Shown piece by piece: positions 48,013 to 58,495 of a DNA stretch of 64,000 nucleotides; position 1 is the stretch's first letter; the number at the start of each line of letters is the position of its first letter. This stretch comes from Verrucomicrobiota bacterium (GTDB taxonomy: Bacteria > Verrucomicrobiota > Verrucomicrobiia > Limisphaerales > J093), in NCBI GenBank assembly GCA_016871715.1, contig VHCO01000010.1:194-64193 (forward strand). The letters are read 5' to 3'. The notes under the pieces are model-generated. The model worked only from the letters and a program-made list of their open reading frames with translations, searched no databases and had not been told where the DNA came from. The position numbers and the translations under genes were made by a program.

Positions 48013-51000
48013 TCACTGGAGGTCGCGATGGTAGGCCTGAAGGGACTTGACGCCCGCCTTGCCGGCCTGGGCCGCGGCAATGCCCACCGCGGCTGCCCGA
48101 GCCGCGGCGCTGGTGGTCACATAGGGGACCTTGTACTTGATCGCCGCCTGGCGGATGTAGGCGTCATCGACGGCGCTAGCCTTGCCAATGGGCGTATTGA
48201 TGATGAGCTGGATCTCGCGACTCTTGATCTCATCCGCAATGTTCGGCCGCTGGAACTCGTGCAGTTTGTAGCTGCGTTCGCACGCCAGGCCGTGGCTGGC
48301 CAAAAAGGCCTGTGTCCCGTTCGTCGCCTTGATACGGAAGCCTAGCTCCTGAAACTTGCGCACCACGGGCAAAATGGTGGGCTTCTCCCGATCCGTCACC
48401 GAAATGAACACCGTCCCCTTCAACGGGAGCGGTCCGCCCGCCGCTTCCTGGGCCTTGAAATAGGCCAAGCCGAACCCGGCCGCCAACCCCAATACCTCGC
48501 CCGTCGACCGCATCTCCGGCCCGAGCACCGGGTCCACTTCCGGAAACATGTTGAACGGCAGCACCACCTCCTTGACGCCCACGTGGGGAATCGGCCGGCG
48601 CGCCAAACCCAACTCCTTGAGCTGGGCGCCGAGCATGAGCTGCGTGGCAATCCGCGCCATGGGCACGTTGCAGACCTTGGACACCAACGGCACCGTGCGC
48701 GAGGCGCGCGGATTGGCCTCGAGCACGTAGACCTTGTCCTGGCAAACGGCGTACTGGACGTTCATCACGCCGCACACGTTCAACTCGCGCCCAATCCGCA
48801 AGGTGTACTCCTCGATCGTCCGAATGTGCCGCTCCGGTAACGTCACCGGCGGAATCGCGCAGGCCGAGTCGCCAGAGTGAATGCCCGCCAACTCGATGTG
48901 CTCCATCACCGCCGGCACAAACGCCTCGCGCCCGTCCGCCAACGCATCCGCCTCCGCCTCGATCGCGTTATCCAGAAACCGATCGATCAAGATCGGGCGC
49001 TCGGGCGAAACATCTACCGCACGGGCCACGTATTCGCGCAACATGTCCTCGTCGTGCACCACTTCCATCGCCCGACCGCCCAGCACAAACGAAGGCCGAA
49101 CCATGAGCGGGTAACCGATGCGCTGGGCAATCCCGCGCGCCTCGTCGAAACTGCTGGCCATGCCGGACTCGGGCATCGGCAAGCCCATCGCTTCCATCCG
49201 CTGCCGGAACCGGTCGCGGTCCTCCGCCAAATCGATCGTGTCAGGCAACGTCCCCAGGATCCGCAAGCCTGCGGCGGCCAATTCGCTGGCCAAGTTCAGC
49301 GGCGTCTGGCCCCCAAACTGCACCACCACCCCGATCGGCTGTTCCTTGCCATAAATGCCCAGCACGTCCTCGACCGTGAGCGGCTCGAAATAGAGCTTGT
49401 CGGAAGTGTCGTAGTCCGTCGAGACCGTCTCCGGGTTGCAGTTCACCATGATGGTCTCGTACCCGGCCTCTCGCAGCGCAAAGGCCGCATGCACGCAACA
49501 GTAATCGAACTCGATCCCCTGCCCGATCCGGTTCGGGCCGCCACCCAGCACCACCACCTTCTTGCGCTCGCTCACCGCGACTCGGTCCGGCCCGTTATAG
49601 GTCGAGTAGTAATACGCCGCCTGCTCGACCCCGCTCACCGGCACCGCGTCCCAAGCCTGCACCACCCCCAGCCGCGTGCGCTGCGCCCGCAGCTCCGCCT
49701 CCGGCCGACCCAAGAGCTTGGCCAGGTAACGATCGGCAAACCCGTCCCGCTTGGCCTGGATGAGCAACGCGTCCGGCAACGCGCGGCCCTTGTGCTCGAG
49801 GAGCTGCTCTTCGAGCTCGACCAACTCCTTCATCTGCTGAATGAACCACGGCTTGATGTGCGTGCGAGCGTAGAGTTCGTCCACTGTCGCCCCTTTGCGC
49901 AACGCCTCATACATGAGCCATTGCCGCTCGCTGCTCGGCTCCTTGAGCATGACCATCAGCTCCGGCAACGACCGCTGGTTGAAGTCCTTGGCAAAGCCCA
50001 GCCCGTGCCGGCCGTTCTCGAGCGAGCGAATCGCCTTCTGAAAGGCCTCCTTGTACGTCTTGCCGATACTCATCACTTCGCCCACCGCCCGCATCTGCGT
50101 CCCCAACTTGTCCTCCGCTCCCTTGAACTTCTCGAAGGCCCAACGCGAGAACTTCACCACCACGTAATCGCCCGAGGGCGTGTACCTCTCGAGCGTGCCG
50201 TCGCGCCAATACGGGATCTCGTCCAACGTCAGCCCCCCCGCTAGCTTCGCCGAAATCAGCGCAATGGGAAATCCGGTCGCCTTCGAGGCCAACGCCGAGG
50301 ATCGGGACGTCCGCGGGTTGATCTCGATCACCACCACCCGCCCGGTCTTGGGATCGTGGGCGAACTGAATATTGGTGCCGCCAATGACCCCGATGGCCTC
50401 GACGATCCGATACGAGTACTCCTGTAACCGCGCCTGCAGGCCGGCCTCGATCGTCAGCATCGGCGCCACACAGTAGGAATCGCCCGTGTGCACTCCCATC
50501 GCGTCCACGTTCTCGATGAAGCAAACCGTGATCATCTGGTTCTTGGCGTCCCGCACCACCTCCAATTCGAGCTCTTCCCAGCCCAACACCGACTCCTCGA
50601 CCAGGATCTGCCCCACCATGCTCGCCGCTAACCCGCGGCTGGCCACCACCCGCAGCTCTTCCACGTTGTAAACGTGGCCCCCACCCGTCCCCCCCAAGGT
50701 GTACGCCGGCCGAATCACCACGGGATACCCCAAGCCCGCCGCCACCTTCTCCGCCTCCTCGACACTGAACGCCGGCGCACTGCGGGGCATCTGGATCCCC
50801 AACCGCTGCATCGTTTCCTTGAAGATAATCCGGTCCTCCCCTTTCTCGATGGCGTCGGCCTCCACCCCGATAATGCGCACCCCGTATTGGGCCAGCACCC
50901 CAGCCTTGGCAAGCAGCGACGACAGGTTCAAACCCGTCTGACCGCCGAGGTTCGGCAGCAAGGCATCCGGCCGCTCCCGCTCGATGATCTCTGTCACCGC

Positions 51001-51216
51001 CGCCAACGTCAGCGGCTCGATGTACGTGACATCCGCCATGCCGGGATCGGTCATGATCGTAGCCGGGTTCGAGTTCACCAGCACGATCTGGTACCCTAGG
51101 CTGCGCAGCGCTTTACAGGCCTGGGTGCCGGAGTAGTCGAATTCACACGCCTGACCGATCACAATCGGACCAGAACCGATAATCAGTACCTTCTTAATGT
51201 CGTTACGTTTGGGCAT
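48013..51216 (-). CDS. carB: Carbamoyl-phosphate synthase large subunit
   Basis: MPKRNDIKKVLIIGSGPIVIGQACEFDYSG, GPNRIGQGIEFDYCCVH, duplicated ATP-grasp, C-terminal MGS domain; 1067 aa. Confidence 0.98.
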   Translation of the reverse strand: MPKRNDIKKVLIIGSGPIVIGQACEFDYSGTQACKALRSLGYQIVLVNSNPATIMTDPGMADVTYIEPLTLAAVTEIIERERPDALLPNLGGQTGLNLSSLLAKAGVLAQYGVRIIGVEADAIEKGEDRIIFKETMQRLGIQMPRSAPAFSVEEAEKVAAGLGYPVVIRPAYTLGGTGGGHVYNVEELRVVASRGLAASMVGQILVEESVLGWEELELEVVRDAKNQMITVCFIENVDAMGVHTGDSYCVAPMLTIEAGLQARLQEYSYRIVEAIGVIGGTNIQFAHDPKTGRVVVIEINPRTSRSSALASKATGFPIALISAKLAGGLTLDEIPYWRDGTLERYTPSGDYVVVKFSRWAFEKFKGAEDKLGTQMRAVGEVMSIGKTYKEAFQKAIRSLENGRHGLGFAKDFNQRSLPELMVMLKEPSSERQWLMYEALRKGATVDELYARTHIKPWFIQQMKELVELEEQLLEHKGRALPDALLIQAKRDGFADRYLAKLLGRPEAELRAQRTRLGVVQAWDAVPVSGVEQAAYYYSTYNGPDRVAVSERKKVVVLGGGPNRIGQGIEFDYCCVHAAFALREAGYETIMVNCNPETVSTDYDTSDKLYFEPLTVEDVLGIYGKEQPIGVVVQFGGQTPLNLASELAAAGLRILGTLPDTIDLAEDRDRFRQRMEAMGLPMPESGMASSFDEARGIAQRIGYPLMVRPSFVLGGRAMEVVHDEDMLREYVARAVDVSPERPILIDRFLDNAIEAEADALADGREAFVPAVMEHIELAGIHSGDSACAIPPVTLPERHIRTIEEYTLRIGRELNVCGVMNVQYAVCQDKVYVLEANPRASRTVPLVSKVCNVPMARIATQLMLGAQLKELGLARRPIPHVGVKEVVLPFNMFPEVDPVLGPEMRSTGEVLGLAAGFGLAYFKAQEAAGGPLPLKGTVFISVTDREKPTILPVVRKFQELGFRIKATNGTQAFLASHGLACERSYKLHEFQRPNIADEIKSREIQLIINTPIGKASAVDDAYIRQAAIKYKVPYVTTSAAARAAAVGIAAAQAGKAGVKSLQAYHRDLQ

Positions 51217-51919
51217 AAGCGAGAGCGAGCGAGAGGTTACGGTTGGCGCGGACTGTCAATAACCCTAAATGTCAGCATGGGATTTGCGCAGTGTTGTAAT
51301 GACCGCCCTCGCCGGGGGCAACAAAAACCTCAGAAAATCTGCGCCCAGTTAGCTCCGCCTGGTCCCCTGTTCCTGTTCCCGCGGCAGCCGCTTCGCCACA
51401 ACCGCTTGGTATGGACTGCGGTTACGAGCGAAAGAGAGCTCTCCTGCGTCCGTTGGTGCCCCACGGGTCATCAAGACCCCGAAGTTCACCCGCGCCAACG
51501 AATCGACGGTCCAAGCCTTCGCTGAGTTCTCTAAGTTCTATTCGCCGTCATTTTAGTACTTGACATACTTAGGTGCAATCTGTTCGGACACAAGAACAAT
51601 CGCCCCAAACGCTGCGCACGGGCGCGCGAACTGCCGAATCGCGGCGCCGGCACGTCGCCGGTCGCGCCGGCTGAGTTGTAGCCAGTCGTCAGGAAACTTC
51701 GGCTGAAGACCAACCCGCGCCTGGCCGGCTGCAAAACCGGCGCTAGGACGTAATGAAGCCCGCTCCGCAGACTGTTGCTGCCTGATGGTTGGAAGACCGG
51801 AGGTCCACTGATGCACCCATGTCATTATAATTGACCAGTGTTGATGTCGTTGACAGGCGTAGGGCGTAGGGGCCGTGCCTAGACGGGACGGCCGAGCCCG
51901 AGGGGCCTCGGTGAGCCGC

Positions 51920-53086
51920 CTACTGTCTGAGCACCTGTTCCAGCCCGCGGCGGCAACGCTCGTTCTCCTGCGGCGTGCCGATCGTGATTCGGATCCATTC
52001 CGGCAACTGGTATCCGTTCATCGGGCGCACGATCACACCCAAACGTTGCAGTTCGAGGAAGATCCGCTGCCCCTCCCGCACGCGCACAAGGATGAAGTTG
52101 GCCGCCGAAGGCACAAACTCGAGCCCCAGTTCGCGGCAGGCGGCCTCGAAGAATCGTAGCCCGGCGGTGTTGTTGGCCCGGGTGCGGTCGAGGTGTTCGA
52201 CGTCGTCAAGGGCGGCGAGCGCAGCGACCTGGGCTAAGGCGTTGATATTGAATGGCTGGCGGATCTTCTCGAGCGCGGCAATCAACGGCGGGCACCCGAT
52301 GCCATACCCTAGCCGCAAACCGGCTAAGCCGTAGATCTTCGAGAAGGTCCGCGTCAAGAGCAGGTTGGGCCGTTGGCCGGATCGAATCAGCGGCAAGAGG
52401 TCCTGGGGACGCTCGAGGAACTCGATGTAAGCCTCGTCCAGGACCAAGAGCACGTGGGGGGGCACCCGATCGATGAGTTCGAGCACGGCATCGGAGGGAG
52501 CGAGCGTGCCGGTGGGGTTGTTAGGGTTGGCCACAAAGACCACGCGGGTCCGGGACGAGATGGCCCGGTCCATGACCTCGAGGTCGTGTCCGTAGCCCTT
52601 GGCCGGCACCACGACGAGTTGGCCACCGCACAAGTGGGTGACAATGGGGTAAACGGCAAAGCAATACTGGGAGACCACCACCTCGGTGCCCGGGGCGATC
52701 AGGGCGTGACCGACGTATTCGAGCACTTCATTCGAGCCGTTGCCGAGGATCAGGTTGGTCGGGGCCACCCCGAGTTTGGCGGCGAGATGCTGCTTCAGGT
52801 AGTAGGCGTTGCCGTCCGGGTAAAGGTGCAGTTGGGCCAGAGCCGCGCGCATCGCAACGAGGGCTTTCGGCGCCGGGCCAAGCGGGTTCTCGTTGGACGC
52901 CAGTTTGATAATGTCGGCGGCCGGCAAGCCCGACTCGCGCGCCACTTCTTCGATGGGGCGACCGGGTTGGTACACCGGCAAATGGGTCAAAGCCGGGTTG
53001 AGGTTCAAACCGCCGGTGGGCGGCGGGGCAATTGGCCCCGAGGAGCTAACGTCTGCAGGCGATGGCGGGGCAATGGAGTCCTTCAT
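51920..53086 (-). CDS. hisC: Histidinol-phosphate aminotransferase
   Basis: KLASNENPLG, GNGSNE, NPNNPTGT, DEAYIEF, RTFSKIYGLAGLRLGY. Confidence 0.95.
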   Translation of the reverse strand: MKDSIAPPSPADVSSSGPIAPPPTGGLNLNPALTHLPVYQPGRPIEEVARESGLPAADIIKLASNENPLGPAPKALVAMRAALAQLHLYPDGNAYYLKQHLAAKLGVAPTNLILGNGSNEVLEYVGHALIAPGTEVVVSQYCFAVYPIVTHLCGGQLVVVPAKGYGHDLEVMDRAISSRTRVVFVANPNNPTGTLAPSDAVLELIDRVPPHVLLVLDEAYIEFLERPQDLLPLIRSGQRPNLLLTRTFSKIYGLAGLRLGYGIGCPPLIAALEKIRQPFNINALAQVAALAALDDVEHLDRTRANNTAGLRFFEAACRELGLEFVPSAANFILVRVREGQRIFLELQRLGVIVRPMNGYQLPEWIRITIGTPQENERCRRGLEQVLRQ

Positions 53087-53498
53087 AACACGCGCCAGCA
53101 GGATGGCCCACCCGGATCACGAACACCAGCGCAGGTTTTCCGAGGCTCGTCGGGAGCAGGAGCAGGGCGACTCTGAGATCCCGAGCGGCTGATTGCAGGC
53201 GAAGCACTTATCACTTATCAAATATGCCAGGGTTTTAATACTTGACAGTGACAGTGACTGTCCGATCTGGACGCGAGTGCCGCAGAGTGCCGTTGGAGCC
53301 GTCGCCTGGTCGTAGCAGCCGTGCTGCCTGTCGGGCCGTGTATCTTGGGTTTAATGAGACAGGATTGTTGAACTTGACACCTGGTCATGAGCCGAGATGT
53401 GCCCTGAGGGCGCCCTGAGGGATCCCGCGGCACGGTTGAGGCTCGACAGGGGCGCGGCGGGGTCTATGCTGCGAGGGCCATGAGCGAGCGGGTGAAGC

Positions 53499-53753
53499 AT
53501 GCTGGCTAAGGTCCTTAGTTCGGCTCTGATTTTGGTGGTGGCGCTCTGGTGTCTGCTCTTTTCGGAGCGGCTCCAGCGTCGCATCACGATGTTTCACGAG
53601 GACCTCAAGCGTTCGCCGCACGCTTCGCGTTTGTTCCTCCAGGTCAGTTCCCTGAACTTCGAGCTGTTCTTGCGGGGGTTGGGCATGGTGCTGCTGGTGG
53701 TCTTCATCGCCCTGGCGGGCTGGCTCGCCTTCGAGATCGAGAACTACAAATAG
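53499..53753 (+). CDS. Small two-TM hypothetical membrane protein
   Basis: Two clear hydrophobic helices; coding-like codon usage. Confidence 0.65.
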   Translation: MLAKVLSSALILVVALWCLLFSERLQRRITMFHEDLKRSPHASRLFLQVSSLNFELFLRGLGMVLLVVFIALAGWLAFEIENYK

Positions 53754-53763
53754 CCGCGGCCGG

Positions 53764-56700
53764 TCAGAAGTTGGGCGGCTTGAACTCGATCAGGTCGCCA
53801 TCCTCGAGCCAGAACTTCTTGGCTGGATCGGTTTCCTTTTTGAGTTCGTCCAACCGCAGCGGATAGGTGACGCCCTTGCGGGTGAACTCGATCCGGCCGG
53901 CGGCTGCGCTGGACGCCGGGCCGCCGGTCAGGGCGATGGCATCGAGAACGTCCAAGGCCCGCGTGCCATCCAACTGAACCAGGCCAGGCTGGTTGACGCC
54001 CAGGACCCGCACCCGGCCCAGGGCTGGTTTCTCTGGCACCTCGATGAGATCGCCCTCGACCAGCCACAAGTCCGGGTCGGAGTTGAGCTGAGTAAAGTCA
54101 AAGGCCAAGAGCCCCGACTCGCGCGTGATGGGGTCCAAGCGCCGGACCTGGACGCGCGCCAGATCCGACGAAGCCAGCAGCAGGCCGGGCCGATTCAGGG
54201 CGGCGTAGAGTGTCAGAGGCGCGCCTTGAGACATCCTGGTCACTTTGCCGGCCTCGACTTTGATGGCGAGGCCGAGGGTGATCTCGTTGGTCTGACCCTT
54301 GATCACGATGCGGACAGTCCGATCGAGGCGCTGCTTGAGCGCGAGCAAGGCGGGGTGGGGCATTTGCCAGTCAGCGCTCAAGGCGTGGTCCGCCTCAGGG
54401 ATCTCGACCACGTCGCCCCATTCGAGCCACAGGTCGGTAGCGTCACGGGTGGGCACCGCGCTCCCTTGTGCCTCTGGCGCCTCAGCCGGATTCACCCAGA
54501 TCGCGCGGCCCTGGCCTTCGCCTTCGCCGGGCGCGGCGCCCGGGTTCAGGACGGGGTCGAGGTTCACCCGGATGGTTATGCGGCTGCGGTCGTCCGGTTG
54601 CAAGCGGTGGATCGCGATCCGCCCGAAGTCCGGAAACGGCAGGCCACTGGCCTGCGATAAGAAGGACGGCGCCGCGATGGCCACCGTTCCCCGGGTCTGG
54701 ACCGAGACGGCGGCGGGTGTAGGAACCCCAATGCCCCGAGGCGCTATCTGCATCTGCTGAAGTTGCTGGGCGAAGCTCGAAGTCGCTGTGGCCGGCAGAC
54801 TGACCGGTTGGGGAGCGCTCAGCAGGCCGTAATGCACGGCGAGGAGTTCAAGGAGCGTGAACCGATTCACATCGTCCGCACCGCTACCCCGCTTGAAGAC
54901 GGACTCGGAATAGCCGATCGCGGTGCGGCTGACCATGATGCGATCCCGCCGGGGCGGATCGATCAGGGCGCCGTGGGCGAGCAGTAACTTGGCGAGGTCG
55001 GGGTAGAGCCAACGTTCCGTGCCCGAGGCCTGAGGTCCAAGCCTGCCCCCACCCTGCTTGAGGTAATCGAGCGGTGTCCGATCCGTTTGGTCGCGCAGGT
55101 TGGGGTCGGCGCCCCGTTCGAGCAGCAGCGCCAGGACCTCCTGGCCGCCCGCGTCGGCCCCGCTGAGGGCCGCGTGCAAAACCGTTATGCCGTCCGGACG
55201 TCGGGCGTTGGGATCCGCCCGGTGGTCCAGGAGCGCTTTGACGATCCCTGGCGCGAGCGGCCGCGCGCGCGCTGCAAGATGCAGTGCGTTGGCGCCGTCA
55301 GCCGCCCGCGCATTCGGGTCCGCCCCGTGCTCGAGGAGATACTCGACGACGGGCTGGTCGTTGTTGCTGACGGCCTGCAAGAGGGGCGTCAGGCCGTTAG
55401 GTTTGGCGGCGTTGACATCGGCGCCGTGGGCAACCAAGGCCTCGATCATCATGCGGTCACGGCGCTGCAGCGCCCAGTCCAGTGGCCGACTGCCATCGGG
55501 GTTTAGCTGGCGACGTTCACCAGACGCCAGCGTGATCGTCAGCAAGCGTTGGCGCGCCGTGACGTCCGTTACGTCCAGACGAGCACCAGCCTCGAGCAGG
55601 CGCGTCGCCAGTCGGCCCTCACCGTCAAGGACGGCCTGCTGCAGAGAGGTCAACCCATCTTGGTCCTTGACCTCGAGGTTGGGTTTATGGGCCAGCAACG
55701 CCGTGAGCACAGGCTCGGACTTGCCCTCGACGGCGAGGTGGAGAGGCGAGTGGCCGTCGCTCTTGGCCACGCAATTCACGTCCGCTCCCGCCTCGAGCAA
55801 CGTCTCGACTAACGCTGCGTTGCCGAAGCCGGCGGCCTGGTGCAAGGGGGTGTAACCGCCGTCGGTAGCGGCGTTGACCTGTGCCGCTCGCTCGAGCAGG
55901 AGCGCGACGGTTGCTTTCTGCTGGGCGGTGGTGGCGGTGTAGAGTGGGGTGATGCCACTCGAGTCGCGCGCGTCGATGTTCGCGCCGTGCTCGAGCAACC
56001 GTTCGATCATCGCGTGGTAGCCTTTGGTGGCGGCGTAGTGGAGCGGCGTCTTGCCGTGCTTCAGCTTGGGATCGACCTCAGCCTTGTTGGCCAAGAGGAC
56101 CTCGGCGACGGCCAGGTAGCCGTAGGCCGCGGCGTAGCAGAGCGGCGTGCCGCTCGCCCCGGCCGGGTCGCGGTTCGAGCGGCCGTCGTCCGCGGCGTTG
56201 GGATCGGCGCCGTGGGCTAGGAGCAGCTCGACCATGGTCTTGTGGCCCTGGCGCGCGGCCTCGTGCAGCGGGGTAAGGGCGCCCTGCCCACGGGCGGTGA
56301 CCTGGGCCTGGTTAGCGAGGAGAAAGCGCGCCACGGTAACCTGGCCGAGTCGGGCGGCTCGGTGCAGCGGCGTTTGGAGGTCCTGGTCTTTGGCGTTGAT
56401 GAGGTCGGGGCTGTCGCGGATGAGGGCCTGGATGCGGCGGACTTCGTTCTCTTCTTCGTTGGTGGCCGGGGTTGGCTCGGAAACGGTGGCGAAGTCGGTG
56501 CTACTCGGCGACAGTCTGCCGCGCTCGATGGCGGCTAGCTCACGTTGGAGGGCGAATTGCTCGCGGCGAACCGGCAACTCGTCCAACGCCGACGCATTGC
56601 CCACGGCGATCCGCCGCTTGAAGTCGGCCAGATCGTCGTCGAGCAGCTTGAGTTGCTCTTGAACCAGGGCCTTCTGTTTCGCCAAGTCGGCGTTGTCGGG

Positions 56701-57501
56701 CAATTTGCGCTGGAGGCTTAGCAACTCGCGCTGTTGCCGGTGCAGTTCGTCCGTGCTCGCTCGGCCGTTCTCGTGCCGCTTCCGGGTCGCGGCGAGCTGT
56801 TGCTCGAGCAGTTTGATTTCCTCTTTGAAGGACTGGACTTCTGCGGGGTCGGCTGGGGCGGTGACCTCGGGGCCCATGCCCGGGAGCGGGATTTCGAGCA
56901 ACTTCGGGCCGACCTGGGTTTCGAGGGCGGCCATCTGTCGCTGGAGCGCGAGCGCCTCACGCTGGAGGGCCAGGACGTCGTCACTCGGCGCGCGGCCGGA
57001 TTGGACGAATTGCCGTTTTGTGGCGATCTGCTGCTCGACCAGAGCCAGTTCCTGCTCGATCAGGTCTTTCTGCCGTTGGACCGCCGGCGCGAGCGGGCCG
57101 GAACGCGGCTCGGTCGCTGTGGGCCCTTCTGCCGACAGGAGAGCCAGATTGGTTCGGCTCAGGCCGGCCAGGAGCGTCTGGTCGCCAAACTCGGCCACGA
57201 TCCGCCGGTAGTGGGCAACGGCCTCGGTGGCCTTGCCTTGTTTGCGGTAACATTCGCCCAACCGGAAGAGGGCGGTGGCAGCCGCTTGCCGCTGGGCTTG
57301 GTACTGGTCGATCACCCGTTGGTAGGACTCGATGGCGGCGGGGAGGTTGCGATTGATTTCTTCCTCGAGCAGGCCTTGCTGGAGCGCGCTGGTCAGGGCA
57401 TCGGCGGCCAGGCCGACCCAGCAAGCTCCAAGGAGGGAACCGATGAAAGGGGCACTTCGGCTGTGCCTCGTCCTGCAGATGGCCGGTGGTATTTTCAACA
57501 T
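53764..57501 (-). CDS. Exported TPR + helical repeats + ankyrin-repeat protein with C-terminal SLBB-like domains
   Basis: Signal-like N-terminus (start uncertain). TPR ALFRLGECYRKQGK. More than ten TPLHxA..GADxN ankyrin repeats. RVRVLGVNQPG..LEDGDLIE SLBB-like end. Confidence 0.85.
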   Translation of the reverse strand: MLKIPPAICRTRHSRSAPFIGSLLGACWVGLAADALTSALQQGLLEEEINRNLPAAIESYQRVIDQYQAQRQAAATALFRLGECYRKQGKATEAVAHYRRIVAEFGDQTLLAGLSRTNLALLSAEGPTATEPRSGPLAPAVQRQKDLIEQELALVEQQIATKRQFVQSGRAPSDDVLALQREALALQRQMAALETQVGPKLLEIPLPGMGPEVTAPADPAEVQSFKEEIKLLEQQLAATRKRHENGRASTDELHRQQRELLSLQRKLPDNADLAKQKALVQEQLKLLDDDLADFKRRIAVGNASALDELPVRREQFALQRELAAIERGRLSPSSTDFATVSEPTPATNEEENEVRRIQALIRDSPDLINAKDQDLQTPLHRAARLGQVTVARFLLANQAQVTARGQGALTPLHEAARQGHKTMVELLLAHGADPNAADDGRSNRDPAGASGTPLCYAAAYGYLAVAEVLLANKAEVDPKLKHGKTPLHYAATKGYHAMIERLLEHGANIDARDSSGITPLYTATTAQQKATVALLLERAAQVNAATDGGYTPLHQAAGFGNAALVETLLEAGADVNCVAKSDGHSPLHLAVEGKSEPVLTALLAHKPNLEVKDQDGLTSLQQAVLDGEGRLATRLLEAGARLDVTDVTARQRLLTITLASGERRQLNPDGSRPLDWALQRRDRMMIEALVAHGADVNAAKPNGLTPLLQAVSNNDQPVVEYLLEHGADPNARAADGANALHLAARARPLAPGIVKALLDHRADPNARRPDGITVLHAALSGADAGGQEVLALLLERGADPNLRDQTDRTPLDYLKQGGGRLGPQASGTERWLYPDLAKLLLAHGALIDPPRRDRIMVSRTAIGYSESVFKRGSGADDVNRFTLLELLAVHYGLLSAPQPVSLPATATSSFAQQLQQMQIAPRGIGVPTPAAVSVQTRGTVAIAAPSFLSQASGLPFPDFGRIAIHRLQPDDRSRITIRVNLDPVLNPGAAPGEGEGQGRAIWVNPAEAPEAQGSAVPTRDATDLWLEWGDVVEIPEADHALSADWQMPHPALLALKQRLDRTVRIVIKGQTNEITLGLAIKVEAGKVTRMSQGAPLTLYAALNRPGLLLASSDLARVQVRRLDPITRESGLLAFDFTQLNSDPDLWLVEGDLIEVPEKPALGRVRVLGVNQPGLVQLDGTRALDVLDAIALTGGPASSAAAGRIEFTRKGVTYPLRLDELKKETDPAKKFWLEDGDLIEFKPPNF

Positions 57502-57802
57502 GCGGCATCCGAGAAGACCGAGGTTTCGTCTCAGTCCCCTATGTTTTCGCCAGTGAAAGAAAACGCCGATGGTTTCTGGGGCACTACGGTAGTTCATGGG
57601 GCGGTCCAGTTGAAGTCCTGACGAAGGCGCCGGGAGCAAGAATCATGGCCGCAGCTTGGCCGGTGCCGGCGTGGCGATTGTCATGGTTCTGCAAAAGAAA
57701 GGGGCGCACACGGCTCGGGGGGGCAGCGCCGCCCCCCGGCGAGAAGCATGAATCGAGCGGCAAGGAGAGGCCGCCGGATCGGCGCTGTTGGGTTGCTCGG
57801 TT

Positions 57803-58495
57803 TCACGGCTGCGACAGCTCCAACCGGTACCCGACGCCGTGCACGGTCTTGAGCCAGCGCGGCTGCTCGGGGCGGGGCTCGAGCTTGGCGCGCAGGGTTG
57901 CGATGTGAGTGTCCACCGTGCGCGTGGTGGGGAAGGCGGCGTAGCCCCACACCAAATCCAGAAATCGCTCGCGCGTGACCGGCTCGCCTTCGGCCTCCGC
58001 CAAGAGCCGCAACATGGCATATTCCTTGGCCGTGAGGTGCAGCTCCTTTCGACCGCGCCAGGTGCGCTGTTGGACCAGATCGACACGAACATCGCCCAAT
58101 TCGAGTTCGCGCACGGCCTTTTGGCCGCGGGCACGGCGCCGGAGCAGAGCTCGGACCCGGGCCAACAGTTCGTCGGTGCTGAAAGGTTTAACCAGATAAT
58201 CGTCCGCCCCGGCATCCAACCCGGTGACACGGTCCTCGACCTGACCCTTGGCGGTCAACATGAGGATGGGCTCGGTCTGGCCGAGCCGACGCAACTCGGC
58301 GCACACCTCAAAGCCGTCGAGCCGGGGCATCATGATGTCCAGGAGGATGAGATTGGGCTGTTCCTTGAGGGCGCGTTCGAGCCCGCAGACGCCGTCTTGG
58401 GCGGTCAACACGCGATAGCCCTCGGCCGCGAGGACGTCAGCAAGCGCGGTGCGCATCGCCCGTTCGTCCTCCACAATCAAGACCCGCTCATTCAT
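57803..58495 (-). CDS. OmpR/PhoB-family response regulator
   Basis: VLIVEDE, LLDIMMP, GADDYLVKPF, TRTVDTHIATLRAKLE, VHGVGYR. Confidence 0.95.
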   Translation of the reverse strand: MNERVLIVEDERAMRTALADVLAAEGYRVLTAQDGVCGLERALKEQPNLILLDIMMPRLDGFEVCAELRRLGQTEPILMLTAKGQVEDRVTGLDAGADDYLVKPFSTDELLARVRALLRRRARGQKAVRELELGDVRVDLVQQRTWRGRKELHLTAKEYAMLRLLAEAEGEPVTRERFLDLVWGYAAFPTTRTVDTHIATLRAKLEPRPEQPRWLKTVHGVGYRLELSQP

